A stretch of 64,000 nucleotides of DNA, from contig JASGHJ010000002.1 of NCBI GenBank assembly GCA_047602405.1, positions 2,240,001 to 2,304,000 on the forward strand, given 5' to 3'. Below are positions 9,209 to 20,374 of the stretch, in pieces (the stretch's first letter is position 1; each line of letters starts with the position of its first letter). The position numbers were made by a program, and so were the translations under genes. Below the pieces are notes generated by a model. It had not been told where the DNA came from. It saw only the letters and a program-made list of their open reading frames with translations, and searched no databases. This DNA comes from Anaeromyxobacteraceae bacterium. Lineage in GTDB: Bacteria > Myxococcota > Myxococcia > Myxococcales > Anaeromyxobacteraceae.

Positions 9209-9967
9209 CTACTTCGGAAACAGCGGATTCCCCTCCCGCGGGTCCACCGACAGCGGCTGGCCGGGCGGGACGAGCGCGGGGTCGGCGCCGAGGCCGCGGA
9301 GCGAGGCCTTGAAGACGGTCCAGACCGCGGAGGGGCGGGCCTTCGGCGGGAGCGGCAGCGCGCAGGAGACCATCAACGACGCGAGGCCGTGCACGCCGGC
9401 CCAGGTCGAGAGCTCCGCGCCGATGCGGTCCTCGCGCGTGATCGCGCCGGCGGCGACGAGGCCGTCGAGCGTGTCGAGCAGGATCTGGAACGCGTCGCGG
9501 CCGGACTTCGCGGCGCCGGGCTTGAAGCCCTCGAGCGAGCGGATCTCGCCCCGGAACATGATGCGGAAGTGCTCGGGGTGGCGGACGGCGTGGTCGACGT
9601 AGGCCTCGCCGATGGCCTGGAGCGACCGCACCGCGTGGGCCTTCGTGCCGGGCGTCCCCTCCACCGCGGCGAGCGCCCGCTCCATGTGCGTCGCGAGGCG
9701 GGCGTGCGAGTCGATCGAGAGCGCGGCGAGGAGGTGCAGCTTGTCCGGGAAGTGCCGGTAGGCGGCCGCCGGCGAGACGCCGACCACCCGGGCGGCCTCC
9801 CGCAGGCTGAAGCCGTCGGGGCCGTCCTGCTGGACGAGCTTCACCGCGGCCTCGAGGAGTGCGTTCCTCAGATCGCCGTGGTGGTAAGCGTCCCTTTCGG
9901 CGTTGCTGCGCGAAGCCTTGCTGCTCGGGGCACCGGCGCTGCGCGGGGCTCTGTTGGGGCGTGCCAT
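9209..9967 (-). CDS. TetR/AcrR family regulator (WHG-type C-terminal domain)
   Basis: YHHGDLRNALLEAA, FSLREAARVVGVSPAAAYRHF, WAGVHGLASL. Start uncertain. Confidence 0.92.
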   Translation of the reverse strand: MARPNRAPRSAGAPSSKASRSNAERDAYHHGDLRNALLEAAVKLVQQDGPDGFSLREAARVVGVSPAAAYRHFPDKLHLLAALSIDSHARLATHMERALAAVEGTPGTKAHAVRSLQAIGEAYVDHAVRHPEHFRIMFRGEIRSLEGFKPGAAKSGRDAFQILLDTLDGLVAAGAITREDRIGAELSTWAGVHGLASLMVSCALPLPPKARPSAVWTVFKASLRGLGADPALVPPGQPLSVDPREGNPLFPK

Positions 9968-9977
9968 CGCGGTCCAT

Positions 9978-10053
9978 GTTGACATCGTTCACTCGGGTTG
10001 GCAAGAGTACCGGCACCACGATGAACACCGTTCACATTGTGAACGACGTTCAC
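9978..10053. promoter_or_regulatory. Three palindromic TetR-type operators (consensus GTGAAC-N3-GTTCAC)
   Basis: GTTGACATCGTTCAC 9978-9992, ATGAACACCGTTCAC 10021-10035 and GTGAACGACGTTCAC 10039-10053, between the divergent tetR and RND genes. Confidence 0.7.
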
Positions 10054-10074
10054 CCGAAGCTCCGGGAGCCCCCG

Positions 10075-11115
10075 ATGACCCGCACCGCCCTGCCCCTCGC
10101 CCTCTCCGCGGCCCTCGCCGCCCTCCTCGCCTCGGGCTGCGCCCGCACCGCGGCCGCCCCGGCGTCGCCGGACCCGGCCGTCGCCGTCCGCACCGTCCCG
10201 GTGGACCGCAGCCCCGTGCAGCGCTCGGTGCGGGTGGCCGGCACGGTCGCGGCCCGGGACGCCTGGACCCTCGCCTTCCCGGCGGGCGGCGTGGTCGCCG
10301 CCGTGAACGTCCGCGAGGGCCAGGCCGTCCGCAGGGGCGACCTCCTCGCCTCGCTCGACCTCACGCCGCTCGAGGCGCAGGCGCGCCAGGCGCACGAGGC
10401 GCTCCAGAAGGCCACCCGTGACGCCGGGCGGGTCCGCTCGCTCGTGGCGGGCGAGGCCGCGCCCGCGGCCGCGGCCCAGGACGCCGAGACCGGCCTCGAG
10501 GTCGCCGCCGCCGCGGTGCGCGCGGCCGACTTCGCGCTCGCGCGCGCCCGCCTCGTGGCGCGCGACGACGGCTGGGTGGACCGGCGCTTCGTCGAGCCGG
10601 GCGAGGTCGTCGGGCCGGGCCAGCCCATCGTCTCGGTGAGCGGCCGCGCCGGGGGCTGGATCGTGAAGGCCGGGCTCGCCGACCGCGACGTCCTCGGCCT
10701 CGCGGTGGGCGACCCCGCCACCGCCGTGCTCGACGCGCGGCCCGGCGCCCCGCTCGCCGGGCACGTCGCCGAGATCGCCCGCTCGCCGTCGCCGGCCACC
10801 GGCACCTACGAGATCCAGCTCCGCCTCGACCACCCGCCGGCCGACCTCGTCGCGGGCCTCACCGCGAAGGTCGAGCTGCGCCGCGCGTTTCCCGCCGCCG
10901 GCAGCGTGCCGCTCGCCGCCGTGCTCGACGGCGACGGCGACCGGGGCGCGGTCTTCGCGCTCGCCGGCGGCCGGGCCCGCCGCGTCCCCGTCCGGATCGC
11001 CTTCCTGCAGGGCGAGCGCGCGGTGCTCGCGGGGGGCCTCGAAGGGGTCGATGAGATCGTGCTCGAGGGGGCGTCGAAGCTGGTGGACGGCGCGCCCGTG
11101 CGGCGCGCCCCGTAG
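10075..11115 (+). CDS. RND efflux periplasmic adaptor (membrane fusion protein), lipoprotein
   Basis: Lipobox LASGC, lipoyl-like VREGQAVRRGDLLASLD, EPGEVVGPGQPI. Confidence 0.9.
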   Translation: MTRTALPLALSAALAALLASGCARTAAAPASPDPAVAVRTVPVDRSPVQRSVRVAGTVAARDAWTLAFPAGGVVAAVNVREGQAVRRGDLLASLDLTPLEAQARQAHEALQKATRDAGRVRSLVAGEAAPAAAAQDAETGLEVAAAAVRAADFALARARLVARDDGWVDRRFVEPGEVVGPGQPIVSVSGRAGGWIVKAGLADRDVLGLAVGDPATAVLDARPGAPLAGHVAEIARSPSPATGTYEIQLRLDHPPADLVAGLTAKVELRRAFPAAGSVPLAAVLDGDGDRGAVFALAGGRARRVPVRIAFLQGERAVLAGGLEGVDEIVLEGASKLVDGAPVRRAP

Positions 11116-11151
11116 CCCCTCGACGACCGACCGACCCGCCCGGAGCCGCCC

Positions 11152-14100
11152 ATGCACGTCGCCGAGTTCGCCGTCCGCCGCTGGCAGTTCACCCTGGTCG
11201 TCTTCCTCGGGATCGCCCTCCTCGGGGTGTCCTCGCTCCTCTCCATCCCGAAGCAGGAGGACCCGTCGTTCGACTACCCGAACTTCGCGGTCGTCGCCGT
11301 GATGCCCGGCGCCGCGCCCGCGGACGTCGAGCGGCTCGTCGTGCAGCCGGTCGAGACCCGGCTCGCGTCCCTCGAGGACGTGAAGTCGATGAAGACCACC
11401 GCCTCCGACGGCCTCGCGGTCACCCAGCTCGAGTTCACCGCCGGCACCGACCCGGCGAGGAAGCGCGACGACGTCCTGCGCGAGCTCTCCGCGCTCCGCC
11501 CGACGCTCCCGCGAGAGCTCGCCCGGCTCGACGTGAACGAGTTCAACGCGAGCGAGGTCAACATCGTGCAGGTGGCGCTCGCGAGCCCGACCGCGCCGTA
11601 CGGCGAGCTCGACCGCCTGTCCCGCGCGCTCAAGCGGCGCCTCGAGGGCGTGCCCGGCGTCGCGAAGGTCGTCGTCGACGGCCTGCCCCCGCGCGGGGTC
11701 CAGGTGGCGGTCGATCCGGAGCGGCTCGCCGCGATGGCGGTCTCCCCGCTCGAGGTCATCGGCGCGATCGGCGCCGAGGCACAGAGCATCCCCGCCGGCT
11801 CGCTCGACGCCGGGGCCCGGCAGCTCTCGGTGAAGACGAGCGGCGACTTCCGCTCGGTCGAGGAGATCGCCGAGACCGTGGTCCGGAACGCGGGCGGCAG
11901 GACGATCCGGGTCCGCGACGTCGGGACCGTCGCGCTGCGCGACGCGGAGCCGGTGCACCTCGTGCGGGTCGACGGCGTGCGCGCGGTCTCGATCGCCGCG
12001 AACCAGAAGCAGGGCCAGAACATCTTCGACGTCCGCGCCGGGATCGAGAGGGAGCTCCGCGGCTTCGAAGGGGAGCTCCCCGCGGGGGTCTCGCTCGTGG
12101 GCGCGTTCGATCAGGCCGAGAACGTGAAGCACCGCCTGGGCGGGTTCAGCCGCGACTTCGCGATCGCCATCTTCCTCGTGCTCCTCACCCTCCTGCCGCT
12201 CGGCGGCCGGGCCGCGATCGTGGTGATGGTCTCCATCCCGCTCTCGCTCGCGCTCGGCGTCGTGCTCCTCCAGCTCACCGGCTACACCATCAACCAGCTC
12301 TCGATCGTCGGCTTCGTGATCGCCCTCGGGCTCCTCGTCGACGACTCGATCGTCGTGGTCGAGAACGTCACCCGCTGGATCCGCCAGGGCCACGCACCGC
12401 GCGAGGCCGCCGTCCGGGCCACCCGGCAGATCACGCTCTCGGTGCTGGGCTGCACCGCCACGCTCGTCTTCGCCTTCCTGCCGCTGCTCGCGCTGCCGGG
12501 CGCGCCGGGCTCTTCATCCGCAGCATGCCCATCGCGGTGGTCTTCACGATCCTGGCCTCCCTCGTGGTCTCGCTCACGGTCGTGCCGTTCCTGTCGAGCC
12601 TGCTGCTCAGGCCCGAGGCGGAGCACGGCAACGTCTTCCTGCGCGGCCTCACCTGGGCGATCGACCAGAGCTACGGCAAGATCCTCTCCCTCGCGATGGC
12701 GCGGCCGGCCCTGACGATCGGCGGCTCGGCGCTCCTCCTCGCCGGCGCCCTCGCGCTCGTGCCGTCCATCGGCTTCAGCCTCTTCCCGAAGTCCGGCCTC
12801 CCCCAGTTCCGGGTGACCATCGAGGCGCCGGAGGGCGCGAGCCTCGCCGCGACCGACGCCGCCACCCGCTTCGCCGAGGCGGCGCTGCGCCGCCACCCGG
12901 AGGTCGTCCGCACCGTCGCGAACGTCGGCAAGGGCAACCCGCGCGTCTACTACAACGTGGCGCAGAAGAACGAGGTCTCGAGCGCGGGCGAGATCCTCGG
13001 CGTGCTCGACACCCGCGAGGAGGCGAGCATCGAGCGCGTCCTCTCCGCCATCCGGGCCGAGGTGTCCGGCTACCCCGGCGCGGTCATCGAGGTGAAGGAG
13101 TTCGAGCAGGGGCCGCCGGTCGACGCGCCCATCGCGGTGCGGGTCCTGTCCGAGGACCCGGTGAAGCTCGAGGCCGCCGCCCGCGAGGTGGAGGCGGTCA
13201 TGCTCGCGACCGAGGGCACCCGCTACGTGAAGAACCCGAGCCGGGACCGCAAGAGCGACCTCCGCGTCCGGATCGACCGGGACCGGGCGGCGCTCGCCGG
13301 CGTCGCGGTGCCCGACGTGGACCGCGCGGTCCGGCTCGCGGTGGGCGGCATCACCGCCGCGACCTACCGCGACGAGGGCTCCGACGTGGCCTGGGACGTG
13401 CGGGTCACGGCCCCGCGCCTGGACGGCCCCGCGCCGCTCCCGGGCGGCGCCCGGCCCGGCCTCGACGTCCTCGAGCGGCTCTACCTCCCCGCCGCGCGCG
13501 GCGCGGTCCCGCTCGCGCAGGTGGCGGACCTCGTGCTCGAGCCATCGCCGGCGCGCATCGACCACTTCGACCGGGTGCGCTCCACGACGGTCACCGCCTG
13601 GACCCGCGAGGGCTTCAACACCGACCGGCTCACGAAGCAGATCCTCGCGGCGATCGAGGGGAAGCGCTTCCCCGGGGGCGTGACGATCCAGGCGGCCGGC
13701 GAGCTCGAGAGCCGCCAGCAGAGCTTCGGGGGGCTCGGGAGCGCCATCATCGTCGCGATCGCGGGCGTGCTCGCCGTGCTCGTGCTCGAGTTCCGCACCT
13801 TCCGCTCGACGCTCATCGTCGCCTCGGTGATCCCGCTCGGCGTGATCGGCGGGCTCGTGGCGCTCTGGCTGACCGGTTACACCCTCTCCTTCACGGCGGT
13901 GGTCGGGTTCGTCGCGCTCATGGGCATCGAGGTGAAGAACTCGATCCTGCTCGTCGACTTCACGAACCAGCTCCGCCGGGAGGGGCTCGGCCTCGAGGCC
14001 GCCATCCACCGCGCCGGGGAGGCCCGCTTCGTGCCCATCCTGCTGACGACGCTCACCGCGCTCGGCGGGCTCGTGCCGCTCGCCCTGGAGCGCTCGGCGC

Positions 14101-14264
14101 TTTTCTCCCCGCTCGCCGTCGTGATCATCGGCGGGCTCGTCTCGTCCACCCTCCTCGCCCGCGTGGTGACGCCGGTGCTGTACCGGCTCCTGCCGCCGGA
14201 GCTCGAGAATGCACCCGAGCCCGACGCCGCGACGGTGCCGGGCGCGCTCCCCGCTCACCCCTGA
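11152..14264 (+). CDS. RND efflux permease (AcrB/AcrD/AcrF family); 1-nt frameshift near 12510
   Basis: ALGLLVDDSIVVVEN in the first ORF; VKNSILLVDF and RFVPILLTT in the second. Adding one base at GGGCTCTTC restores ...PGLFIRSMP. Confidence 0.9.
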
Positions 14265-14366
14265 AGGCGCCGCCCATGATGGCCCTCTTCTGGCTCACGC
14301 TGCTCACCCCGCTGCCGCCCGCACGAAGCTTGCCCGGGTCCCGGGCGCGTGGTGGAGTGGCCTCCG

Positions 14367-15464
14367 ATGCTCGGGTGGCTCCAGCGCTGGCTCCGCGGTC
14401 CCGCCGCCGACGCGCCACCCCGCGCGGCGCCGGCGGCGCGGCGCCACGCCCCGGCCCCGGCCCCGGCGCCGGCGCCCGCCGAGCCCGCCGCGCCGGAGGG
14501 TGAGCCCGCCTCGCCCTTCGCGCCGTTCGCGAAGGTGCTCGGCGTCGCCATCCCGCCGCCGCCCCCCGATCCGGACGCGACCGAGCCGGACGCCGCCCTC
14601 GAGGAGGCCGCGGCGCGGGTCCTCGCCCACTTCCAGAAGAACCGGCCCGGGCCGGCCTCCGCCCCATCGCTCTCGCTCCGGGTCCTGAACCTCGTCGCGA
14701 CGCCGAACGCGGACATGACCGAGATGGTCCGCCTCATCTCGGCGGACCCCGCGCTCTCGGCCGGGCTGCTCACCGTCGCGAACTCGGTGCAGTACCGGGG
14801 CATGCAGGAGATCGAGACCGTCCGGGCGGCCGTCGTCCGCCTCGGCCTCGAGGAGGTCGCCCGCGTCGCCGGCGCGCTCGCCGCGAAGAGCCTCTTCAAC
14901 CCGAAGCTCAAGGCCGAGATCGCCGCGCACCAGGGCCGGTTCGCGGCGCTGTACCACCGCTCGATCACGGTCGCGAACGGCGCCGCCTTCGTGGCCCTCC
15001 AGCGGCGCGAGGCGAGGGCCGACCGGGCGTTCCTCGGCGGGCTCCTGCACGACGTGGGGCGGTCGGTCGCCCTGCGGTCGGTCGCCGCGCTCGCGTTCGC
15101 GGGCGAGGCGATGCCGGAGGCCGAGGCCCTCGACCGGCTCCTCGACCGCGTGCACGTCGAGGTCGGCGCCGAGTGTCACCAGGAGTGGTCGATGCCGCAG
15201 TACCTCACGGTCATCGCGGTCCGGCACCACGAGCCGGCGATCCCGGCGGGGGCCGAGTTCGCCGACCTCCACTCGGTGCGGCTCGCCTCGGCGCTCGCCT
15301 GCCTGCGCGAGCCGACGATGGCCTCACGCGCAGCCGCCGAGGTCGTCCAGAGCGCGCAGGCGCTCGCCATGGACCCTTACGCGGTCCGCTCGGTCGACGC
15401 CGAGCTCCGCGAGGCCGGGCAGCGGGCCGCGGCGGCGTTCGGGATCGTGCCCGCCCGCCGGTGA
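14367..15464 (+). CDS. HDOD domain-containing protein
   Basis: ISADPALSAGLLTVANS, AVVRLGL, AFLGGLLHDVG, W...AVRHHH. Confidence 0.88.
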   Translation: MLGWLQRWLRGPAADAPPRAAPAARRHAPAPAPAPAPAEPAAPEGEPASPFAPFAKVLGVAIPPPPPDPDATEPDAALEEAAARVLAHFQKNRPGPASAPSLSLRVLNLVATPNADMTEMVRLISADPALSAGLLTVANSVQYRGMQEIETVRAAVVRLGLEEVARVAGALAAKSLFNPKLKAEIAAHQGRFAALYHRSITVANGAAFVALQRREARADRAFLGGLLHDVGRSVALRSVAALAFAGEAMPEAEALDRLLDRVHVEVGAECHQEWSMPQYLTVIAVRHHEPAIPAGAEFADLHSVRLASALACLREPTMASRAAAEVVQSAQALAMDPYAVRSVDAELREAGQRAAAAFGIVPARR

Positions 15465-15481
15465 GCGGCCACCGCCGCGCC

Positions 15482-16468
15482 CTACTTCAGCGCGGAGCGC
15501 TTCAGGTAGCCGCTCTCGACGAGGACCGCCTCGAGGTTCTCCTTCGTGACCGCCGCCGGGGCGAGCAGGACCGAGGGCACCGGGCGCCGGCCGTTCGAGG
15601 TCACCTTGCCGCCGGTGTCCACCGGCTTCCCCTCCGCGAGCGCCACGGCGAGCTCGATGGCGCGGCGGCCGAGCTCGCGGGTGTCCTTGAAGACCGTCAT
15701 GCCCTGCGTACCGGCGAGGATCCGCGCCGCGGCGGAGGCCTCCGCGTCCTGGCCGGTGACCGGCACCTTGCCGGCGAGCCCGTGCGCCTTCAGCGCCTCG
15801 ATGCAGCCGCCGGCGGTGCCGTCGTTCGGGGCGAGCACGGCGTCGATCGCCCCCTTCTGCGCGACGATCGCCTGCTCGCAGAGCTTCTTCGCCTCGGCCG
15901 GCTGCCAGTCCTTCACCGCCTGATCCATGACCACCCTCACGTCGCCGCGGTCCTGGAGCGGCTTCAGCACCTTCATGGCGCCGAGCGCGAAGAGCATCGC
16001 GTTCGAGTCGGTGGGAGCGCCGGAGAGCACGACCCACGCGCCCTTCGGCGCCTTGCGGGTGAGCCACTCCGCCTGGAGCTCGCCGACGCGGGTGTTGTCG
16101 AACGACAGGTACAGGTAGTCCTGCGGCGAGTTCGTGACGAGGCGGTCGTAGCTGATGACGCGGACGCCCGCGCGCGTGGCGCGGTCGACGATCGCGGCCG
16201 CCGCCGCGCCGTCGTGGGGGGCGATGACGAGCACCTTCACGCCCTTCGCGATGAGGGCGTCGCACTGGGCCGCCTGCTTCGAGGCGTCGTTGTCGGCGAT
16301 CGCCACCTCGAGCTCGGCGCCCGCCTTCTTCGCGGCCGCCTCCATCACCTGGCGGTCGCGCACCCAGCGCTCCTCGCGCTGGGTCGGGAGGGAGACGCCG
16401 ATCTTCGGGCCGGCGAACGCCGGGGCGGCGAGGAGGAGCAGGGCGAGGGACGTGGCGAGGCGCTGCAT
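15482..16468 (-). CDS. Periplasmic sugar-binding protein (XylF/ChvE-like)
   Basis: Signal peptide; REERWVRD, VISYDRL, SFDN, SGAPTDSNA, APNDGTAGG, VTGQDA. Confidence 0.9.
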   Translation of the reverse strand: MQRLATSLALLLLAAPAFAGPKIGVSLPTQREERWVRDRQVMEAAAKKAGAELEVAIADNDASKQAAQCDALIAKGVKVLVIAPHDGAAAAAIVDRATRAGVRVISYDRLVTNSPQDYLYLSFDNTRVGELQAEWLTRKAPKGAWVVLSGAPTDSNAMLFALGAMKVLKPLQDRGDVRVVMDQAVKDWQPAEAKKLCEQAIVAQKGAIDAVLAPNDGTAGGCIEALKAHGLAGKVPVTGQDAEASAAARILAGTQGMTVFKDTRELGRRAIELAVALAEGKPVDTGGKVTSNGRRPVPSVLLAPAAVTKENLEAVLVESGYLKRSALK

Positions 16469-16487
16469 GGTGACCTCCGGGGTGCGC

Positions 16488-19088
16488 TCAGGCGCGGGCG
16501 AGCCGCGCGGGGCCGGCGGCCCGCGCCGGCGGGTGGTGGGGGCCGTCCGCGTCGAGCCGGAACGCGGAGACGAGGGCGGCGAGATCGTCGGACTGCGAGG
16601 AGAGCTCCGCCGCCGCGCTCGAGGACTCCTCGGCGCTCGCGGCGTTCTGCTGGGTGACGCGGTCCATCTCGGCGACGGCGTCGGTCACCCTCGCCACGCC
16701 GGCGTCCTGCGCCTTCGCGGCGGTCTCGATCTCGTCCACGATCGTCGCGACCTTCGCGACGCCGTCGACGATCTCGGCGAGGCGGCCGGCGGTCTGCCGC
16801 GCCGCCTCGTCGCCCTCCCCGGCCTGGGCGACCGACTGGCGGATCAGCGCCTCGGTCTTCGTGGCGGCCTCCTTCGCGCGCAGCGCGAGGGAGCGGACCT
16901 CCTCGGCGACCACCGCGAAGCCCCGGCCCGCCTCGCCGGCCCGGGCGGCCTCGACGGCCGCGTTGAGCGCGAGGAGGTTGGTCTGGAAGGCGATGTCCGA
17001 GACGTCGCGGATGATCTGGCTCGTGCCCTCCGCGGAGGTGCGGATCCCGCCCATGACCCCCTGGAGCTGGGCGACCGCGGTCGCGCCCGCGCTCGCGGCG
17101 GCGCTCGCGTCGCGCGCGAGGTGGCTCGCCTGGCGGGCGTGCTCGGCCGCGCTCCGGCTCACCTCGGCCACCCCGTCCATGGCGGTGCCGGTCGCCTGCA
17201 GCGAGGCCGCCTGCTGCGAGGCGCCCGCCGCGACGGCCTGGGAGGACGCGGCGATTTGGCTGGCCGCGCCGCGCACCTGACCGACGGCGCGGGCGACCTG
17301 CGCGAGCGCGTCGTGGAGCGCGCCGGCGGTCGCGTTGACCGCCTCCTTCGTCCGCGCGTGCTCGCCGGCGTAGGCCCCGGTCATCCGGGCGCGCAGGTCC
17401 TTCGCGGCCAGCCGCTCGAGGATGGCCGCGGCCTCGTGGATGGGCGCCCCCACCGCGTCGAGCGTCCGGTTGAGCCCGTCCACCACCCGGCGGAAGTCGC
17501 CCTGGTGACGGGCGGCGTCGGCGCGCACGTCGAGCCGGCCCGCCACCGCCGCCTCGACCACCGCGTCGGCGTCGCGGACGAGGGCGCGGATGGCGGCCGA
17601 GCAGGTGTTGAGGTTGTCCCGCAGCCGGGAGAAGTCGCCGCGCCAGTGCTCCTCGATGGGCGGAGGCAGGTCGCCCCGGGCGATCCGGTCGACGCAGCCC
17701 GCGGCGACGCCCAGCGGGCCGGTCACCGCGTCGAGCGTGCGGTTCATGCCCTCGACGATCCGCCGGAACTCGCCCCGGTGACGGTCGGCGTCGGCGCGCA
17801 CCCCGAGCTCCCCCGCCACGCCCGCCTCGGCGAGCCGGTTCACGTCGACGACGAGCAGGTTGACCGCCTCCACGCAGCGGGAGAGCCCCTCCTCGAGCGC
17901 CGCGAACTCGCCGCGTCCGCCGCCGGCGAGCCTCGCCGGGACCTTCCCCGCGGCGAGGCCCGTCACGACCGCCGACGCGTCGCGGAGCGGCCCGACCACG
18001 GCGTCGAGCGTGGCGTTCACGCCCTCGACCACCCGGCGGAAGTCGCCCTGGTGCCGGGCCGGGTCGGCCCGGACCTCGAGGCGCCCCTCGACGCCGGCGC
18101 GCGCGAGCACGCCCGCGTCCTCGACGAGCGCGTTCACCGCGTCGATGCAGCCGTTCAGCGCGCTCGCCACCCGCTCGAAGTCGCCCTCGAAGCGCTCGGT
18201 GATCCGGGGCGGGATCTCGCCGCGACCGATGCGCGTGACCGCGTCGGCGGTGAGCCCCATCGGGCGCGCGAAGGCGTCCATGGTCTCGTTCATGCCCTCC
18301 ACGATGGGCTGGAACTCCCAGCCGACCGAGGTGGGGTCGGCGCGCACCGAGAGCTCGCCCGCGTGGACGGCGTCGCGGAGCACCGCCGACTCGCGCTTCA
18401 GCCCCTCGATGGCCTGGCGGGCCTGCCGGACGAGCCGGGCCCCCGCGGCCCCGAGCACGGCCGCCGCGAGCGCGAAGGCGACGACGATCCAAATCCGGGC
18501 GCCCCGGGCGGTGCCGTGTGCGTCGGCCGCGAGCGCGTCGCCCGCGGCCCGGGTGGCCTCGGCGGTGGCGGAGAGGCTCGCGAGGAGGTCCGGCGCCTGC
18601 GCCCGCATCGCCTCGTACTGCTCGGTGAGCCTCGTCTGCACGAGGGCCGCCTCCGCGAACTTCCCGGCCGCGGCCGTGCGGTCGCGCGCCGACCGGGCGA
18701 GGCCGTCGAGGCTCGTCGCCCAGGCGTCCACCGCCTTCCTGGTCCGGGCCCAGGCGGCGGAGACGGCGTCCGGCTGCGGCAGCCGCTGGAATGCGTCGGC
18801 CTCGGCGCGCACGCGCTGCACGTCCTCGACGAGGCGCCCCAGGGCCGCCTCCTGCGCGGCGGGGTCGGTGTACTGGTTCTCGACGATGGAGGCGTGGCCG
18901 GTCGCCGAGGCGACGGCGGTCGCGAGCGCGGCCACCGCCTGGAGCGAGGGCAGGCGCCCCTCGCCGTACCCGGTGACGACGCGCCCGAGCGAGGCGCTGG
19001 CGAGGAAGCCCGTCGCGGCCACCACCGCCACGAACGCGAGCGACGTCGCGAACAGCCCGAGGATCTGCGACCGCAAGGTCAAGCGCAT
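16488..19088 (-). CDS. Methyl-accepting chemotaxis protein with poly-HAMP region
   Basis: Two TM helices around a four-helix sensor, repeated HAMP units ([24 protein letters not shown]), [34 protein letters not shown]. Confidence 0.95.
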   Translation of the reverse strand: MRLTLRSQILGLFATSLAFVAVVAATGFLASASLGRVVTGYGEGRLPSLQAVAALATAVASATGHASIVENQYTDPAAQEAALGRLVEDVQRVRAEADAFQRLPQPDAVSAAWARTRKAVDAWATSLDGLARSARDRTAAAGKFAEAALVQTRLTEQYEAMRAQAPDLLASLSATAEATRAAGDALAADAHGTARGARIWIVVAFALAAAVLGAAGARLVRQARQAIEGLKRESAVLRDAVHAGELSVRADPTSVGWEFQPIVEGMNETMDAFARPMGLTADAVTRIGRGEIPPRITERFEGDFERVASALNGCIDAVNALVEDAGVLARAGVEGRLEVRADPARHQGDFRRVVEGVNATLDAVVGPLRDASAVVTGLAAGKVPARLAGGGRGEFAALEEGLSRCVEAVNLLVVDVNRLAEAGVAGELGVRADADRHRGEFRRIVEGMNRTLDAVTGPLGVAAGCVDRIARGDLPPPIEEHWRGDFSRLRDNLNTCSAAIRALVRDADAVVEAAVAGRLDVRADAARHQGDFRRVVDGLNRTLDAVGAPIHEAAAILERLAAKDLRARMTGAYAGEHARTKEAVNATAGALHDALAQVARAVGQVRGAASQIAASSQAVAAGASQQAASLQATGTAMDGVAEVSRSAAEHARQASHLARDASAAASAGATAVAQLQGVMGGIRTSAEGTSQIIRDVSDIAFQTNLLALNAAVEAARAGEAGRGFAVVAEEVRSLALRAKEAATKTEALIRQSVAQAGEGDEAARQTAGRLAEIVDGVAKVATIVDEIETAAKAQDAGVARVTDAVAEMDRVTQQNAASAEESSSAAAELSSQSDDLAALVSAFRLDADGPHHPPARAAGPARLARA

Positions 19089-19246
19089 CGGTGAACGCCT
19101 CCGTGTGGGAGGGCCGATGCGAACGGCGGGCCGTCACCTCATACGCCGAGCAAAAACGATCAACTCCGCGAAAACCGGCCCGTCGTCGGGCGATCCGCGC
19201 TCCGGGTCGTCCACCGGCGGTGCGGGTCACGGCGGCCGGTGGGTCG

Positions 19247-19398
19247 CGCTGCCAGGGGTGGGGCCCCGGCGAGCCGAGCGCCCCCTGACCGCTGCCAGGG
19301 GTGGGGCCCCGGCGAGCCGCCTCGCCGGGGGCGTCCGCTCATCCCGAGCGTAGGGCCCGCTTCAGCGGGCCCGGAGTCGAGGGACGAGCGCCCCCTGG
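19247..19398. repeat. Intergenic REP-like composite repeat
   Basis: 30-bp direct repeat CGCTGCCAGGGGTGGGGCCCCGGCGAGCCG at 19247-19276 and 19290-19319, hairpin GGGCCCGCTTCAGCGGGCCC near 19353-19372, GAGCGCCCCCTG twice. Confidence 0.7.
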
Positions 19399-19401
19399 AA
19401 T

Positions 19402-20310
19402 TCAGTGTTCCCCGAAGCGCTTCTCGCCCGCCTCGACACGCACCGCGAGGACGTTCTCGGGCCGCGGCAGCGGGCAGGTCGCGTGCGGCGTGAACGCGCA
19501 GGGCGGGTTGTACGCCTTGTTGAAGTCGAGCACGACCTTCCCGTCCTTCGGGAGCGGCGCGTAGAGGAACCGGCCCGCGCCGTAGGTCTCCTTCCTCGAC
19601 GTCTGGTCGCGGAACACGAAGAAGAGATCGCCGCCGGGCTCCTCCTGCGTGGGCTCGAGCGTGTACACCTTCCCGTCGATCGTGAAGCGCACGCGGCCGG
19701 GGACCTTCTCCTTCGACGGGATGCCGACGACGCTCGGCGTCTCGACCTCCTTCGGGACCGGGAACGGCTCCCAGGTGCCCTCCAGGCGGTAGCGCGGGTC
19801 GTACGGGAACGTGTCGATGCCGTGGAAGCTCGCCCGCACCGGCGAGGCCGCGTCCCAGACGCGCAGCGCCACCTTCGGGCCGCGCTCGATGACCTGCACC
19901 TGCACCGTGCCGCGCCTCAGCCGGTCGGGCTTCTCGGCGGCGTCGGAGGCGAGCACGCGCGACGTCACGGGGGCGCCGTCGAGGGTCCAGCCGTCGGCGG
20001 CGGCGGCCTCGAGCCGGACCTTCCAGCCGCCGGGGCCGCCCTCGAGCACGAACCTGCCGGGGAGGTTCGCGACCCGGTTCTCGCCGGGGTCGAGCCAGTC
20101 GAGGGCCACGAGGGCGAGCCAGCCGTCCTCGCGCTTCAGGTTGGTCTCGCGCCGCTCGCGCCAGGCCTTCCACTGCTCGGCGGGGCTGGCGGGGGCCGCG
20201 GCGCCGGCGGGCTGCGGGGTCTTCGCGGGCGCGGTCGGGGCGGCGTGCGCGGAGGTCGGGTCGGACATCGTGATCACCAGAGTCAGGGCGGCGAGGGCAG
20301 GATTCTGCAT
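19402..20310 (-). CDS. DUF1684 domain protein
   Basis: DGWLALVALDWL, FFVFRDQT, TYGAGRFL, LDFNKAYNPPCAFTPHATCPLP..EN, VEAGEK. Confidence 0.92.
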   Translation of the reverse strand: MQNPALAALTLVITMSDPTSAHAAPTAPAKTPQPAGAAAPASPAEQWKAWRERRETNLKREDGWLALVALDWLDPGENRVANLPGRFVLEGGPGGWKVRLEAAAADGWTLDGAPVTSRVLASDAAEKPDRLRRGTVQVQVIERGPKVALRVWDAASPVRASFHGIDTFPYDPRYRLEGTWEPFPVPKEVETPSVVGIPSKEKVPGRVRFTIDGKVYTLEPTQEEPGGDLFFVFRDQTSRKETYGAGRFLYAPLPKDGKVVLDFNKAYNPPCAFTPHATCPLPRPENVLAVRVEAGEKRFGEH

Positions 20311-20374
20311 GCCGTCGGTTCTAGCCCGGAATCGCGGGGCGTGCAGGGCCTCGTCCTCACGTTAGGTTCCCCGG

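Noticed and set aside
11152..14264. Naturally split RND permease or programmed frameshift
   Set aside because: No slippery sequence; a one-base correction gives a standard full-length permease, and similar indels recur through the window.
19247..19319. CRISPR array
   Set aside because: Only two repeats with a 13-bp spacer and no cas genes.
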